NCBI GenBank assembly: GCA_000934665.2
Contig: JYFJ02001226.1
Coordinates: 1 to 64,000, forward strand
DNA length: 64,000 bases
Source of the DNA: Catajapyx aquilonaris
Lineage: Eukaryota
Direction: 5' to 3'
Shown: in pieces, positions 26,501 through 38,308 of the stretch
Layout of the letters: every line of letters begins with the position of its first letter
How positions within the stretch are numbered: the stretch's first letter is position 1
Made by a program: the position numbers and the translations under genes
Notes under the pieces: generated by a model
What the model saw: only the letters and a program-made list of their open reading frames with translations
The model's database searches: none
What the model was told of the DNA's origin: nothing

Positions 26501-29500
26501 ATATGGGCACAACTCGTACCAAGCGTATCGGAAGGTCTGGGATTTGAGAGGTCTGTATAAGAATAGCGCAACCATACATGTAAACACGCGTTACACCACT
26601 TTTCAGCACCAAAATGTCATATCGCGGGTTTAAAAGTCACTCTGATTGGCGGGGCAGGGGGCGTGGCCTAAAGGGTGCATTCCCACTCCTGCCTAACCGC
26701 AATGATGTCAGCAGATCGGTGCACATGCTTTACTTGGCGGTCGTTCGATTCCGTTGGCAGGGCAGCCAGCAACGCAAACAAACAAAGGAACAAAGCAGCC
26801 CGGGGGCGTTCCTGCCTCTGCACCGATCTGTTTAGCCACAGTGACGTCAGAGGGCAATACGATACCGTATAATTCATACGATTTTACAGCTCGAAAATTA
26901 AGACGGTATTTCTTCAAACAAAATAAAAACAAACACCAAAATTCATTTGAAAATTAGGCTGATTTTTTACACGGGTTTGCAAAATGTAGGCTAAATGTCC
27001 CTATTTTTAAAAATTTATAATACAGCATTGTCTCATACGTTCTCCCTGCAGGGTACATGGTGCGCTACTGTACAAGTTAGTGACAGCATGAGCCTGCCGA
27101 CCAGACTATAAATATGCAGATTAGACCGAGGCTACAGTCATCAAGCTTAACATTTTTAGCCCCCCCNCCCCCCCCCCCAGAATGAAAAGGGGGTCAGCAT
27201 CCACCACCATGTAGTACGTCTGGAGTTTAGGTGGGAATTAGTCCGTCCTTGGTTATTTGCGACACCATCCTAACCATCACTAGCCAGCCTCTGCCCTACA
27301 TTACATGTGAGGGAAGGACCCACCACCCAGCATAGCATCATCATTACTTGGCATGAAATGCACACCCAGTGCCACATTTCATTCATGTCAATTCTTCATT
27401 CAAGTGAGGTGCTTCCCATTCGTGTGCAAGATATTCGACAGAGACTGTTAGCAGGTGAATTTGTCCGTGAATAATTCAAACGCACCAGGTCGCATCGTCA
27501 CAATTACTGGAAAAACCTGTTGCTTTACTTTGTCTGCTAGTATACAAGAGGCTCGAGTACACTGGCCTGTTTGTATCCTGCAAAACTGAGACCGGAAAAT
27601 GTCCGATGCTGTGATCGAAAAATTTCCCCCGGCAATTTGGTGTCGTCACGAGCCGTTGCGGCATATCCATCACCTCCATCACCAACTGGCAACAGGTGAC
27701 ATCACCCAACGTGACAGGGTCCATTTTGAGCGCGGAGTGATCTTTTTTAAATGTTTGGTGGTGCCACCGGTTTGGTGAATTCTCCTACTAGTGACGCACA
27801 CATCACCAACACCACCAAACGTGACAGATTCCAGAGATCACTCCACACGCGCCTATATAACGTGGAGCTTCCAACTGCGATCACACCCGCGAAAAACGAA
27901 CGTTAAATTGTTGTGCATTGCCTGGTTGGTGACCAGGTTGGGGCCAGGTTGGGACCAGGTTGGTGTCGTACTGGTGGCGCCACGAGACGTCCGCGGCAAA
28001 TGTGCTTCCATTCGCTCTTTTGCCTGCACGGCTCGTGTCGCCACCAGCACGACACCCCAGCGCTGTACAACTGTTTCGGTTGGCAACACTGTCCTCGCCA
28101 ACCTGGGCCGGGTCCGGAACCGGTCCGGTTTCCCCCCCTTGTCCTGTGAATGACCCCCAGTTTTTGGGCCAGGTTTCCAATGGTGACACAAATTGCGTGT
28201 TTTTTGTCCCCCCTCCTTTCCGTGAATGCGTGTCACCCCTTCTCTTTTTCTGAAGAACACACGGCTCGATAAGTGGTCGCTCCTCCGTGGTTGGTGGTGT
28301 GGCAGGAGGGGCGGGGAGGGGGCGAGTCCGCTCCATCGAGTTTTCGGTGGGGGTGGTTCAGGGATGGGGAAGATATGTGATCAATAATAATTGCTTATTG
28401 GAGAGGAGGATTCCAGTCAAAGAGAAGAGAGGACCGGTTTTTCCTCTTCTCTGCATGGTGTGTGTTCATCATGTGTGTGGGATGTGTGAGAGGGAAGGTG
28501 GACCGTGTGGCCATCTGTGGAGCCCAGCCCGCATCATCAGAGAGAGTGGGTGGGGATCAAGAGAGAGATCATTGACACCTGCAGATGCTCCTACACTCTT
28601 AAAAACCTCCTGCAATTTTTTACTCACCGACCTGCACCATTAAATTTGGTCACTGACCTTTGACACCACCCACCCAAAATGTGGGGCACCCCCCATAAAA
28701 ATTAGCTTTAAAAAAAACACTGGAGAGCTACCATTGCCTCTATAAATTATTTACAGCTTGTTTCTGAGTATGTGGGCCACTTTAGGCGGACTGGTACAGC
28801 AGCTTCTAGCGAGAGGTGACAAAATGGGTCGCCAGTCACTCAGGACAGAGTGGACGCAATGTCGGTTGCATGATGGACAGTAAATACACACCAAGCGATC
28901 AATCACCGAACGAACATATAGGGTCGGTTTCACCAAGAGCGGTACATGATAAAACAGGGTTCTTTCACAAAATCCCTACGTATCACCTACGCATTGGGAA
29001 CGGACAGTAAATAATAAACGACTCGCTCAGTTTCACCAGGAGCAGTATACGATGAAACTGTGGTTCTTTTGGAAGATCGTTACAAGTACGTAGGAAATAT
29101 TTAGTCTGTTCCCAATACATCTACGCGACGCTCCTCCATCTAATCGACTTGGGCTGCGCTTGAATGTATACTGCACCTTGCAGTGTCAACTGCTACACTG
29201 TAAACCGCAAAACATTTAAAGAGCATCACTGGTGAGTCTCCCATGGAGCATCAAATTGTCAATTCCCTTGTGATGCTTTTTAGCAACAAAATTGCATCAC
29301 AGGGGCACTACAAGAGCATAAAAAATTGATGGTCCATGGGAGACTTACCCAGTGATGCTCTTTTAATGTTCTGCGGTTTACATTGTAGATATCAATTGCA
29401 AATCAATACAATCAATCAAGCCCAATGGTACACAAAGCGTCTAGTTTGTTAAGACTTGTTATTGTACCGGTAATTCTTTTGTGTAACGTGCGCTTGTGTC

Positions 29501-29604
29501 CCGGTGGCATCGTTCGTGAAAAGTGGGTCGTTTGGCATGTCCCCTGTTCTGCGTCCAATGCAAGGAGGGTGCTTGCCCCTGGGGTGCAGCTGGACTCACC
29601 CCAT
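8783..29604 (-). CDS. homer: Homer scaffold protein (EVH1 domain, Pro/Ser linker, coiled coil)
   Basis: Exons 29604-29600 (ATGGG|gtgagt), 16501-16345 ([22 protein letters not shown]...RIISVEGTK), 15734-15489 ([36 protein letters not shown]), 10026-9467 (...[15 protein letters not shown]), 9391-9210 ([26 protein letters not shown]), 9117-8783; all GT-AG and phase-consistent; AATAAA at 8290-8285. Confidence 0.96.
11098..11274. mobile_element. pogo/Tigger-like MITE
   Basis: TIRs cagtaaaacctc / gaggttttactg followed by TA; a partial inverted copy of the left arm lies at about 11420-11485. Confidence 0.8.
11495..11549. repeat. (AAT)n microsatellite
   Basis: About 18 perfect units. Confidence 0.95.
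12055..12335 (-). mobile_element. SINE family A, 5'-truncated just upstream of the B box
   Basis: Reverse complement of the 5959 element; TSD catttcacttttttaaat at 12037 and 12336. Confidence 0.9.
12564..12683. mobile_element. hAT-like MITE
   Basis: TIRs caggggtggatcc / ggatcctcgcctg; 8-bp TSD aattcacc / aattcact; internal segment shared with about 23855-23895. Confidence 0.75.
13002..13358 (+). mobile_element. Full-length SINE family A
   Basis: Close match to the 5959 copy; (TTTA)n tail; TSD ttataggcact. Confidence 0.9.
13447..13983. mobile_element. pogo/Tigger-like non-autonomous element
   Basis: ta|cagtaaaactt ... aagttttactg|ta. Confidence 0.75.
14800..14905 (+). pseudogene. Mariner transposase N-terminal HTH fragment
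   Basis: [27 protein letters not shown] resembles the recalled mariner pattern IKIE..RGKN.TEIH.AL.EVCG..TV. Confidence 0.65.
18341..18580 (+). mobile_element. tRNA-derived SINE, family B
   Basis: Head tggccgagggg...ggttcgaatccc; arthropod-type body ggttttctgtggtttccc...ccagg; flanked by a repeated tatcgatattc. Confidence 0.8.
19806..20443. mobile_element. Non-autonomous TIR element with about 55-bp TIRs and TATA ends
   Basis: tataggcagcggccc...gcacctcccacttttc mirrored at 20390-20443; internal modules (aaatccttcgttg / ctgattgg...tattgtt) recur at about 25610, 35930 and 36650. Confidence 0.75.
22249..22331 (-). CDS. homer: Candidate alternative coding first exon of Homer ([28 protein letters not shown])
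   Basis: ATG at 22331, 83 nt to AG|gtcagt; phase 2 matches exon 16501; GC-rich leader and initiator atcagt at 22560-22555. Confidence 0.6.
23484..23727. mobile_element. hAT (Charlie-like) MITE with internal 12-bp tandem repeat
   Basis: TIRs cagtagtttccaac / gttggaaacccctg; 8-bp TSD ctctagtg / ctctagta; (cgcgaccccgcc)x3-4. Confidence 0.85.
24060..24228 (-). mobile_element. tRNA-derived SINE, family C (3' end approximate)
   Basis: Minus strand reads ggtggccgagatggtaa...ggttcgatccc; body unrelated to families A and B. Confidence 0.65.
26555..26885 (+). repeat. Dispersed repeat with an inverted copy at 39705-39930
   Basis: Shared tgacgtcagagggcaatacgataccgtataat and ggggcgtggcctaaa...cattcccactcctgcc. 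Confidence 0.8.
29196..29385. mobile_element. CACTG-ended MITE with TA flanks (EnSpm/CMC-like)
   Basis: ta|cactgtaaaccgcaaaacat ... atgttctgcggtttacattg|ta. Confidence 0.8.
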
Positions 29605-29959
29605 GTCTCCGGTGGGTCCTCCTGCTCAGCTGGGTGTTGGCCCCGGGTCCGCCCGTGGTCCGCCCCCCCCCTTTTCCCCAACACTTTTGGCCCCCACACA
29701 CTCTCTCCGACTGCAACCAAAACACTTGAAAACAATCCGGGGGGGGCGAGCACTGAATGTGTTCCAAGCCCCAGGGGCCGCCCCCGTCCGATGCCTGCCG
29801 GTCTCTTGTGACCCCCCTACACTACCAAGGGTGCCCCTTCCTTGGCCTGTGCCCCCTCCTGCTTCCTCGTGGCGTCCAGTGTGGATGATCGGGAGGCCAC
29901 CATGGTTCCCAGCCGGCCGCCCCTTCCTCCAGCGGCCCTTCCAGTCCTCACACCCTGTT

Positions 29960-30045
29960 CCAGAACAGACGCCATCTTTTCCCCCTCCCCTCCCCTACCC
30001 GCCTCCCTCAGCCCCTCCCCACACAACCCGTGACGTCACTTCCCC
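29960..30045 (-). promoter_or_regulatory. Putative distal Homer promoter
   Basis: CRE palindrome tgacgtca at 30031-30038 and YY1-like aagatggcg at 29978-29970, upstream of the ATGGG|gtgagt exon. Confidence 0.55.
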
Positions 30046-30157
30046 CCTCCTTCCCCCACGGGCGGGATGAGAACCCGGAGCGAACAACATCAACACCATG
30101 AGAAGCATTGGAAGCCAAAATCATGCCCAAATTTATTTGTACAGAATGCAACCTCGC

Positions 30158-30430
30158 TCAACTCTTTTCCTCTTCCGTCTTCTCCGTGTTCTGGTCGTTG
30201 TCCGTGGCCGCTTGTTCCTCCTCCCAGTCCTGCTCTTCCTCCTCACCGTCTCCTTGCCCCTGATCGTCGTTGTTGCGGTTGATCCTCTGCAGGAAGGCGC
30301 ACAGCAACCGGCGGTTCAGCTTGTCCGTCAGGCTCAGGTTCGGATCCTGCTCCTTTTCCTCCTCCCCATTCGGGACGTTCCCTTGACCCTCGGGCTGTTC
30401 CGCCTTGTCTGTCGGCGCACCTGAAGGCAT
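30158..30430 (-). CDS. 90-aa acidic protein with central helix SLTDKLNRRLLCAFLQRIN, function unknown
   Basis: Acceptor ttttgtag|G-ATG at 30431; coding-like GC3; AATAAA at 30137-30132; likely non-coding first exon ending near 32778 (cag|gtacac). Confidence 0.75.
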   Translation of the reverse strand: MPSGAPTDKAEQPEGQGNVPNGEEEKEQDPNLSLTDKLNRRLLCAFLQRINRNNDDQGQGDGEEEEQDWEEEQAATDNDQNTEKTEEEKS

Positions 30431-30638
30431 CCTACAAAATTCAACTGAATCAGAACCAATCAGAACTCAATCTGGAAGCCAGAGCAGTTGCCACACACTG
30501 CTTTTGACTGCGACAAGAGGGAAAAGAACACTGCCATTTAATTTCATAGAGTCTTTACTAAAGTTACTAAAGTACTTGGCCTTATGGAACTTTGACTGCT
30601 GCTGTGAGAGAACAAGTAAAGTTCAATGCTAGCGACTA

Positions 30639-30789
30639 CACTGTAAACCGCAAAACATTAAAAGAGCATCTTCTAATGCTTTTGTAATGCTTTTTAGCAA
30701 CAAAAAAAAACATCAGAAGAGCATTAGAAGGGCATTAAAAACTGATGCTCCGTGGGAGACTGTCTTTTAATGTTTTGCCATTTACAGTG
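30639..30789. mobile_element. Second copy of the CACTG MITE
   Basis: ta|cactgtaaaccgcaaaacatt ... tttacagtg|ta. Confidence 0.8.
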
Positions 30790-33211
30790 TACATGAAGCA
30801 ATTTAAAACCATTTAGTTACACAGTTTATGCACATTTTTTTTTTGCATATGTAAGCTTAATGTGGTGCATAAAGCTGAGAGAGTGACGTATTTGGGCAGA
30901 CCTATTGCAAACAGATTTAAAGCAAAATGTCTTCTTCATATTAATACATACAACAGACTAGTAAAAGACATCCTGGATTAAAGCAAACCCAATCACATGT
31001 ATTAGATGGAAACCGTGGCACATCTTTTTCTCATACACTGACAGGGTTGCGACAATGTATGCAAAAGTACGAAAGCATGCATCTCAGTGTTGTCAAGCAA
31101 TCAACAACAATTAAACGCAAGCTGTCGCAACCATGGTCACATTACAGACATTGACGCAATGTGGCTCGTGCTTACTGGACTTGCTGAAAAAATGTAATGT
31201 AATCAAGAGCATCTGATTAAAATTGCAACTCTGCTCATTGACTGTCCATGCATGGCGGGATAAATAACTGCCAGGTCTTTGGGTGGTCCGAAATAATGGC
31301 CAGCATGAAGTACTGACCTTACGTACTACGACTTTTTCCTGTAAAGTTGGGCAAAGGAGGAAGTGTACCGCACCAAACCGCAAAATATGGATCAACTTGA
31401 GGAGCACATTTGAGATGTTCTGGGCAAAGCCCCGCACGACCCCGCAGGATCACAAGCATAGTATGTTGCGGGCATTCTGAATCGCCTACAGAAATTGACG
31501 GAAAACTCTGGTTCCTATGTGGAATTTTAAAGTTTACAGTCAAATTCTCCCACTCCAAGTTACAAAATAAAACGTGTATGAAAATTGAGCAATATTTGAC
31601 GAAGTTATTACATGTTTCTAATAGGTAGTTACTTTCTGCCCACCCTGTATATGAATCTCACCCACTAAGGAAACCCAAAAGGGTTTATTAGAAATTTGGA
31701 GTCCGAGTTGTCACGTGCCATGAATTTGACACATGGTACCTCGAAAGTAATTGCATGCACGGAATGCCAAGTCCCCATCTTTCCAAGCCTGACATCACCC
31801 GCAGTTTTCACAGTGGGTGTCCAGAGTGAGTGGCATTCATGCGGTGGGGGAAGGAGCTGCTTTTTGTCCAGGTCACTGCCTGGCTGCTGGATTTAATAAG
31901 TAGACCAACCCAGTACGAGCTCGACTATGGATTGAAAATGTACTAAATGAACACCCAATGTAATGGATCGATTATTGTGACCAAATGGGTATGACTGGTG
32001 TCTCATTCAGTGAAATTGCAAATAATGCAACAGTCAGGAAAGTAACAAAAGAGTATTCAATGGGAGAAAAAAGTGCGATGCACATTACTGTATTTGGCGC
32101 CATGTAAGACGCACCCCCCACTTCAGTAGATCATATTCAGTACAAAATTGCCTATTTTATTTTCGCATATAAGATGCCCATTAAGGTACAGAAACAAAAT
32201 AATTGTTCCTGCTGATTGCAGGTCAACAGATGTGAACACCAAATGACCTGACATCGCAAACGGAATTGCTCCACATTGACATGTTATTAGGTGAACGATC
32301 CGTGTCCTCAGGTTGGGTATGTTGCGCCTGGAAACCAAATAGTGTGACAGTTAGGACACGGAAATAACTCCATGACATCGGTACGGGTTGGAAACGTCGG
32401 CATGATTAGGGGAAAGGGCTCCATGATGAAGTCATAAGGGCCAAGGTCAGCAGAATTATTTTGCTAAAAAAATTTCAAGGACCAGGCAAAAATGCCTGAC
32501 TTGTTTGGCCCCAATTGTTGACACTTTTTTGTGCGTGTTTCTCTATTATTATTTAGGAGAGCAGGGCAATGTGCTGCACATGTAATTACATGTGATAAGG
32601 GTTAGATCCAGGAGTAATTGACGATATTTGAACTACGTCGCAATGAGCCTCGCCCATAAAATGACGTCACTCTCAATCACTCGTGCACTTGTAATTATTG
32701 CAATTGCGCTCGCTTGCGCCCCAAACTTTAAGCCTCCAGCCCTCACCAGCTGTTGGCTCCAACTCTGTACCGTGTACCTGACTAATGAAATCCCCGCAAC
32801 AATGATCTACAACAATGCTACGGCTGAAGAGAAGGAGGGGAAGGCGTCAAAATGATTTCGTCAGAGTCGCCTCGTGATGCTCGCTTGTTTTGTTGCTGGG
32901 AAATCCGGGTTGCCAGGTGGTGGGACAGGGGTGGTTGCCAGATGAAGCTTCTACGTGGAGGCCACGATGGGGGCGGCCATGTTGGAGATCTTAATATCAC
33001 GTGACACCGATCTTGGCTTGCGATTGGCTCGGATCACCAACATGGCCGCCATTAATGCCCGACAGTTTGAATTCAGCGAATTCAACATAGTGTATGTTGC
33101 AAAAGTGCTAGACGCGATCCAGACGCGGTAATAGTGGGTTAAGGATGGCTCCGGCTCACTCGCCACTATGGATCCACGTCTTTTTTTAAGTTCCAATTAG
33201 GTGATCAATCT

Positions 33212-34865
33212 TCTTACACAATAAAGCAGAAAAGTTTGTCTACATGTCAGGGCTACCTATCCCACTTTCGAACTGCAGAGAGTGCTGAAACTTGGCACAC
33301 TGATGGCTTACGTGCTGATGATTGATGGAAAAGTCCGAAAACTGCAAGCTTTTTGAGCTTAAATGACTAAAATTTAGGATTTCCGGGGAAATTCTGGTTT
33401 ACTTTACCATGGAAACATGCCGTGGGATGAAGAACGGTCTCCCCTGCTAGTTTGCATGTAAACGTATAGGTGGGTAGGTAGCACAATAGAGTAGTGCAGT
33501 TTAGTACTCTGCCAAGAAACACCATCCAACAATGGAAATGAGAGGATGGGTGCACAGAGAGGATTGTTTCCCTGCAGTCATTAATGAGCGCCCTATTCTT
33601 TCTTGGAAGTAAACAGTCCGTAACGCAAACCATTGTTGGAGGCCATGAGTCTTTCTCCATAGTTTTCATCCCTGCTTGTGATGCAAGGCGGTCGGAAGCA
33701 TACGACGAGAAGTAATTCTATTGTATGGAAGCCACACACAAGTACAAAGGCAGTAGCCTATAGTTGTTGTTTACTCCCAGTGTGGCCCATAATGTTACAT
33801 TCGTAAGGTGGAAATGTGTCGTGAGCTGCTCAAAGCATGTGTGCAGAAGGCAGTTGGTAAATTATAGCCCAAATCACAAAGTAAGAAAGCTGTTTCTTAT
33901 TCGATGAACATTTTCTCGTCCATTCTTTTTCCCAGTTTCAGCCCTGCCGTATAAACTGAGTGGCGAGCCAAGGTCCTTTTTCTGGGATGAACCCAGGACG
34001 TGCTCAAGCAGCCAGAGAGAGAGAGAGAAAAAGAGAAAAGTGGAGCAAGAAAAAGAGCAGTCGATAAAGCTGACTGACACCTACCTCCCTTCCCTTCGCT
34101 CATTAGCCTCCATCTCCTGCTCCTCCAAAAATTTTTTTTGTACCTTTAAAGATGCACGGCCAGGATGGAAAGAGAACGAGTGGAACATAATTTAAATCCA
34201 GGTTAAAGCAAGCAGTATAGGTTATGCATGCCAGGTGACCAGCATGAATGTGTGAGGGGTCGCCTATAGCGCAGGATAAGCCCTATATGAGAGACTGTAG
34301 CAGGGGACCCGTTCTTCGCACGCGGTGATTGGTAAATAAAAGGAACTGAAAAACCCTCCCTTCGCTCGTATTTTCCTAGGCCTGCGGTGGTGGAGGACAC
34401 ATTGTTAATCGTCTTCCCCATCATAATCATAGCAGGGAGCATATACTACATAGGCGCAACCTTCGGTCGGCGCCTTTGATGTCCGCATCTCTTTGTTTGG
34501 GGCCGTTGCCAAGGCTGGCGGCCATTTTGAAGCGAGGGCAACGCCAACGAGGTATTAATAGGGTACAGGCAGGCCGTAAGGTCCGCCATCTTTGATGGTT
34601 GTGGCTGCCATGGGAATGCACGGCAAGAACACGCGCGAAAGATGGCGGACAATACGGCCTGCCTGTACCCTATTTATGCCTCGTTGGCGTTGCCCCCCAA
34701 TTAAAAATGGCCGCCAGCCTTGGCAACGCAGTTTTCTGACTTTCCCCGGAATCAGCGGCACGTAAGACGTCCAGTGTGCCAAGTTTCAGCATCTCAGTAC
34801 TCTGAAAGTGGGTTAGGTAGCAGTGACTTACATAAATACCAAACAAACTTTCTGCTTGTAAGAAG
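33212..34865. mobile_element. Element with long (about 140 bp) degenerate inverted arms; true ends uncertain
   Basis: gctgaaacttggcacactg...cttacgtgc near 33285 is inverted as gcacgtaag...cagtgtgccaagtttcagc near 34760. Confidence 0.65.
34433..34728. mobile_element. Truncated copy of the palindromic MITE at 54651
   Basis: Shares ggcgcctttgatgtccgc...gccaaggctggcggccattttgaag. Confidence 0.8.
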
Positions 34866-36296
34866 TGCGTTACTCTGTCATCATCGTGGCAAGTTTTTCC
34901 CGTTGATGAAACACCCTGTGCAAGGTTGGCGTTGGGGTGAGCAGACAGCATCGATCTGAGCCAAAAGCCCTGGATTGTTGCGCGATTGTTGCGTCTGTCT
35001 GGATGAGGGATGATGCGTCGTCGGCGCGTGCGTGGTCGACGACCCTTAACGATGCCACCGCCTTATTTTTACCATTATTGCGACCCATAGCCACTATAGT
35101 GACACCCCAGCAGTGATCACAGAGTGTGCACTGTATGTGGTGTACACATAATCCTGCGTAGGTGCGTGGTGCGTGTGTGCGTCCCAGACACAGTTTTCGG
35201 GGGCCGGATCGATGGATGGGTTGGGCTGTGGCCATGGCGACGGGGGAATAAGGCTGGGTGGGTGGATGGGTGGATGGGTGAGGTAGTATGGTGCGAGGAG
35301 AGAGAGAGAGGAGCAGCATCCCTCCAAAGGATTCAGAGGAATAAGGGCGGACACCCAGAGTCATTCTTCCTATTCCTTCTCAGCGTTTGCCTTCAAACCA
35401 GACCATTTTTTGGGGGTGTGGACCAGCAAAGTGCAGCCATGTGGACCAGACGGAGCTAAGTCATCGCCGGTGCCACACCACACCATTAAGAGCGCACAAT
35501 TAGGTAAGGCCACCCCAGTACGTATAACGCGTCCAGTCACGCCCCGTTACCTGCCACGCAAAAATCTGCCTCATCATGTACCTATATGTAGTGTCCATCA
35601 TTCCCAGCACACACCTCATCATGTACCGCTAAAGCCTCTGTGCCGCTGCTGCTGCCAATCCACCTGTTGTCCCTCCAGCTATTGAGCTACCTTACACACA
35701 CACACCCACACCCAGTTTCACCCCACACCATCCACAACGCCAATTGAACCTGAATGCTCTTTACGCAATGCCGCACCTTATTCATAAAGTGGCTGCTTCT
35801 ACGAGTAATAATGAAACTCAGGATCACTTCATGCCAAGTTTTCCTGGTTTCCCAGATAATGAGCTTCAAATGGGTATAAGACCCACATCAGCACACATTT
35901 CACACCCAAATGTCCTGCAGTGTATTAATAATATTAAAATCCTTCGTTGTTTGTATAAGCATTCTGATTGGTCCTCCGCATATTGTTGTACCGCGACTCT
36001 TCCTCTTGGCCCACGTCCTACGCATGCGCAATGAGTCTAGGCAGGGCCTCTGGTGGGTGGGAGGAGAAACTGTCCATTCGTTAGCTCTCGGCCGTAGGAT
36101 CTACTTCGATCTCTCACCACTCCACCTTCCTGTTGCACCCACCCATATCTGTTGGCCAGTTGGCACAACTGTCAGGTTGTTGACAGTCAATAAGCAGTTC
36201 TTTCTTGGAACATCAGAGGACGTGTTCTGATAACCGCTCTGTTCATAGGCCAAAGCGATTGACAACTTGGACTCCACCACCGTAGGACGCAGGCCT

Positions 36297-36574
36297 TTTT
36301 TTCAGTGGGGCTTAACGTCGGCCTATTTCTGCCTCTAAGGCTCAACACCGACGCCAGGGGGTGGCCCTCCTCCTGGAAATTTGGCCACTCTGGGGATCTT
36401 TAACGTGCACTCGCGCAATGTCACGGGACCGACGGCTTTACTTCCCCTCCGAAGGAAGGCGCGCTCTCACTTTTCTACCACCCGGAGAAAAGTCACCGAC
36501 TTTGGCCGGGTTCGAACCCACAACCTTGGGACCAGAGGCGAGCGCGCTAACCACTAGTCCACCAAGGCCGGCTG
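36297..36574 (-). mobile_element. Full-length tRNA-derived SINE with Deu/Nin-like domain
   Basis: Head tggactagtggtt...ggttcgaaccc; A tail; 12-bp TSD ggacgcaggcct (36285 / 36575). Confidence 0.9.
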
Positions 36575-36818
36575 GGACGCAGGCCTAGAAAAAAGCGAGC
36601 CAAGGGAGGGTTTTTCTAGTTTTAATTTAAATCGCGAAAATTCACATTTGACCTAGGCTTCTGATTGGCCCGGCGCTTATTGTTTGCACTACACTTCCGA
36701 GTGGCCCGGTTCTGCGCCTGCGCAGTGGGAGGAGGGAACTGTTCAGTTGCTTGCTGACTTGAGGCAGGTGAACATCGCGGGCCGTATCTCCCGTCCCCTC
36801 CACACATGTTTGCACGCC

Positions 36819-37139
36819 ATTAGCTGTGGGGACATGGCTAACACATCTTTTGAAACTTAGTTTATCCTTACATAAACTATGCTAACCTAACCTAACCTAA
36901 CATACCTAACCTACCCTAACCTAACCTAACCTAGGCTGAGATAAATGGTTTTTAAAGAGACCCAATTGTGGGGACATGTCCCCACTATGTATGTACCCAA
37001 CCGGTGAAATCAATTGTGGGGGCGAGAAATGTCCCCGCAATTTGAAAATGTCCCCACAGTTACAGTTAAAAGTCCCATTTTCGTCCCCAGAGCTAATTGA
37101 AGACCCGTACACCGCGACGGGGCGTCGGGTATGGGTTTT
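36819..37139 (+). mobile_element. Helentron/HINE-like non-autonomous element containing (CCTAA)n
   Basis: Sub-terminal IRs attagctgtggggac / gtccccagagctaat; CCTAA array at about 36882-36932; 3' hairpin acccgtac...gtatgggt followed by a T run. Confidence 0.55.
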
Positions 37140-38308
37140 CTATACTTTTAATTTTATTGAGATTTAATATTATGAGCGTGGTCTAGGTGGACAGATTCGG
37201 GTTTGGCTGATGAATCCACCACAAGTTTATGGCTGATTAACGCTAATTACATGAGAGGCTTCGGAGACCCACTGGCACCTCTCAGAAGTGTGTGCATCTG
37301 GGTGTGTGCAAACAGGGTGTGAAGTGACAGGTGTCGATGGGACAGTGTGGGTGACGGAGTGGTGAACCACCGAGGGGTACGTATGTCCGGTCCCGTCATT
37401 ACCAGATACTTTCCCGGCGCCAGAAGTGGTTTTGAGAATCGACATGCTCTCTTTGCAAACATGTCGAAAGGATGAGGCCATCCAAAAGAGGACGTCTCCA
37501 ATAGCAGGTTGAAGCATGAGGAATTGGATGCATCAACCTTGCACCCTGCAGGCCAGTGTTTCCCACGGGTGTGAAAACATGGCGAGCGACCAATCAAGCG
37601 AGGCCCGCCAGGCTGATCCCTCGACTAATTAGCTGTGTGCACACTCTAATGCACGTAAAGCCTGCCAGGTACAACATACGCACTTGCGGCCAGCTGGTGT
37701 ATAAAAATGGAAATGTGTCCACAGTCGCCTATGAACTATGCATGACCCCGTCTGGTCTTAGAGAGCTCCAGAGGGGGTGTATTTTTAATGCACCTTGCCT
37801 TGTTTAATTTCAGTGCTTAGCACCAAAAAGAAGCATAAAAACCTTGATGGAATATAAATGAGTGTGTGTGCCTATATGTGTACGGCGCTAATTTTACACC
37901 TACACTCTTCACAGTGTTTCATGCCATTGTAAGACAAATTGCTGTAATGCACTCCTACTCATTACTCAGGGAATGGGCATCAAACAGGTATTGTCCGAAT
38001 ATTTGTTTTTTGGGAGGGGTTGACATAAAATTGGTCCGTGTCCCTGCAGGCAGGTGTTGATGATTAGAGAGCAGAGTGTGAGACAGCGGCATCGATTTTG
38101 CTGAGCATTCTATAGGCCTATCTATGCGGAGCGGCCTATTCCGGGGGCAGATTTGCGCAGTTACGTATATCCGATTATGTGATGCACGCACGCACCAGTC
38201 GCGTTTGTGTGTAATCTTCTGGTCGAAGTATACTGAACAACAATAAGTATTTCACAATATTATTCCCTTGCAGATGTAAAAAATTGGGGCTTGCTGAGGA
38301 GACGAAGA

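Noticed and set aside
27476..28643. Cluster of overlapping ORFs in Homer intron 1
   Set aside because: No domain or consistent splice model; probably repeat-derived or regulatory GC-rich DNA
31040..31650. Possible Tc1-like remnant (end ...ctttctgcccaccctgta)
   Set aside because: Only one plausible TIR and no convincing transposase translation
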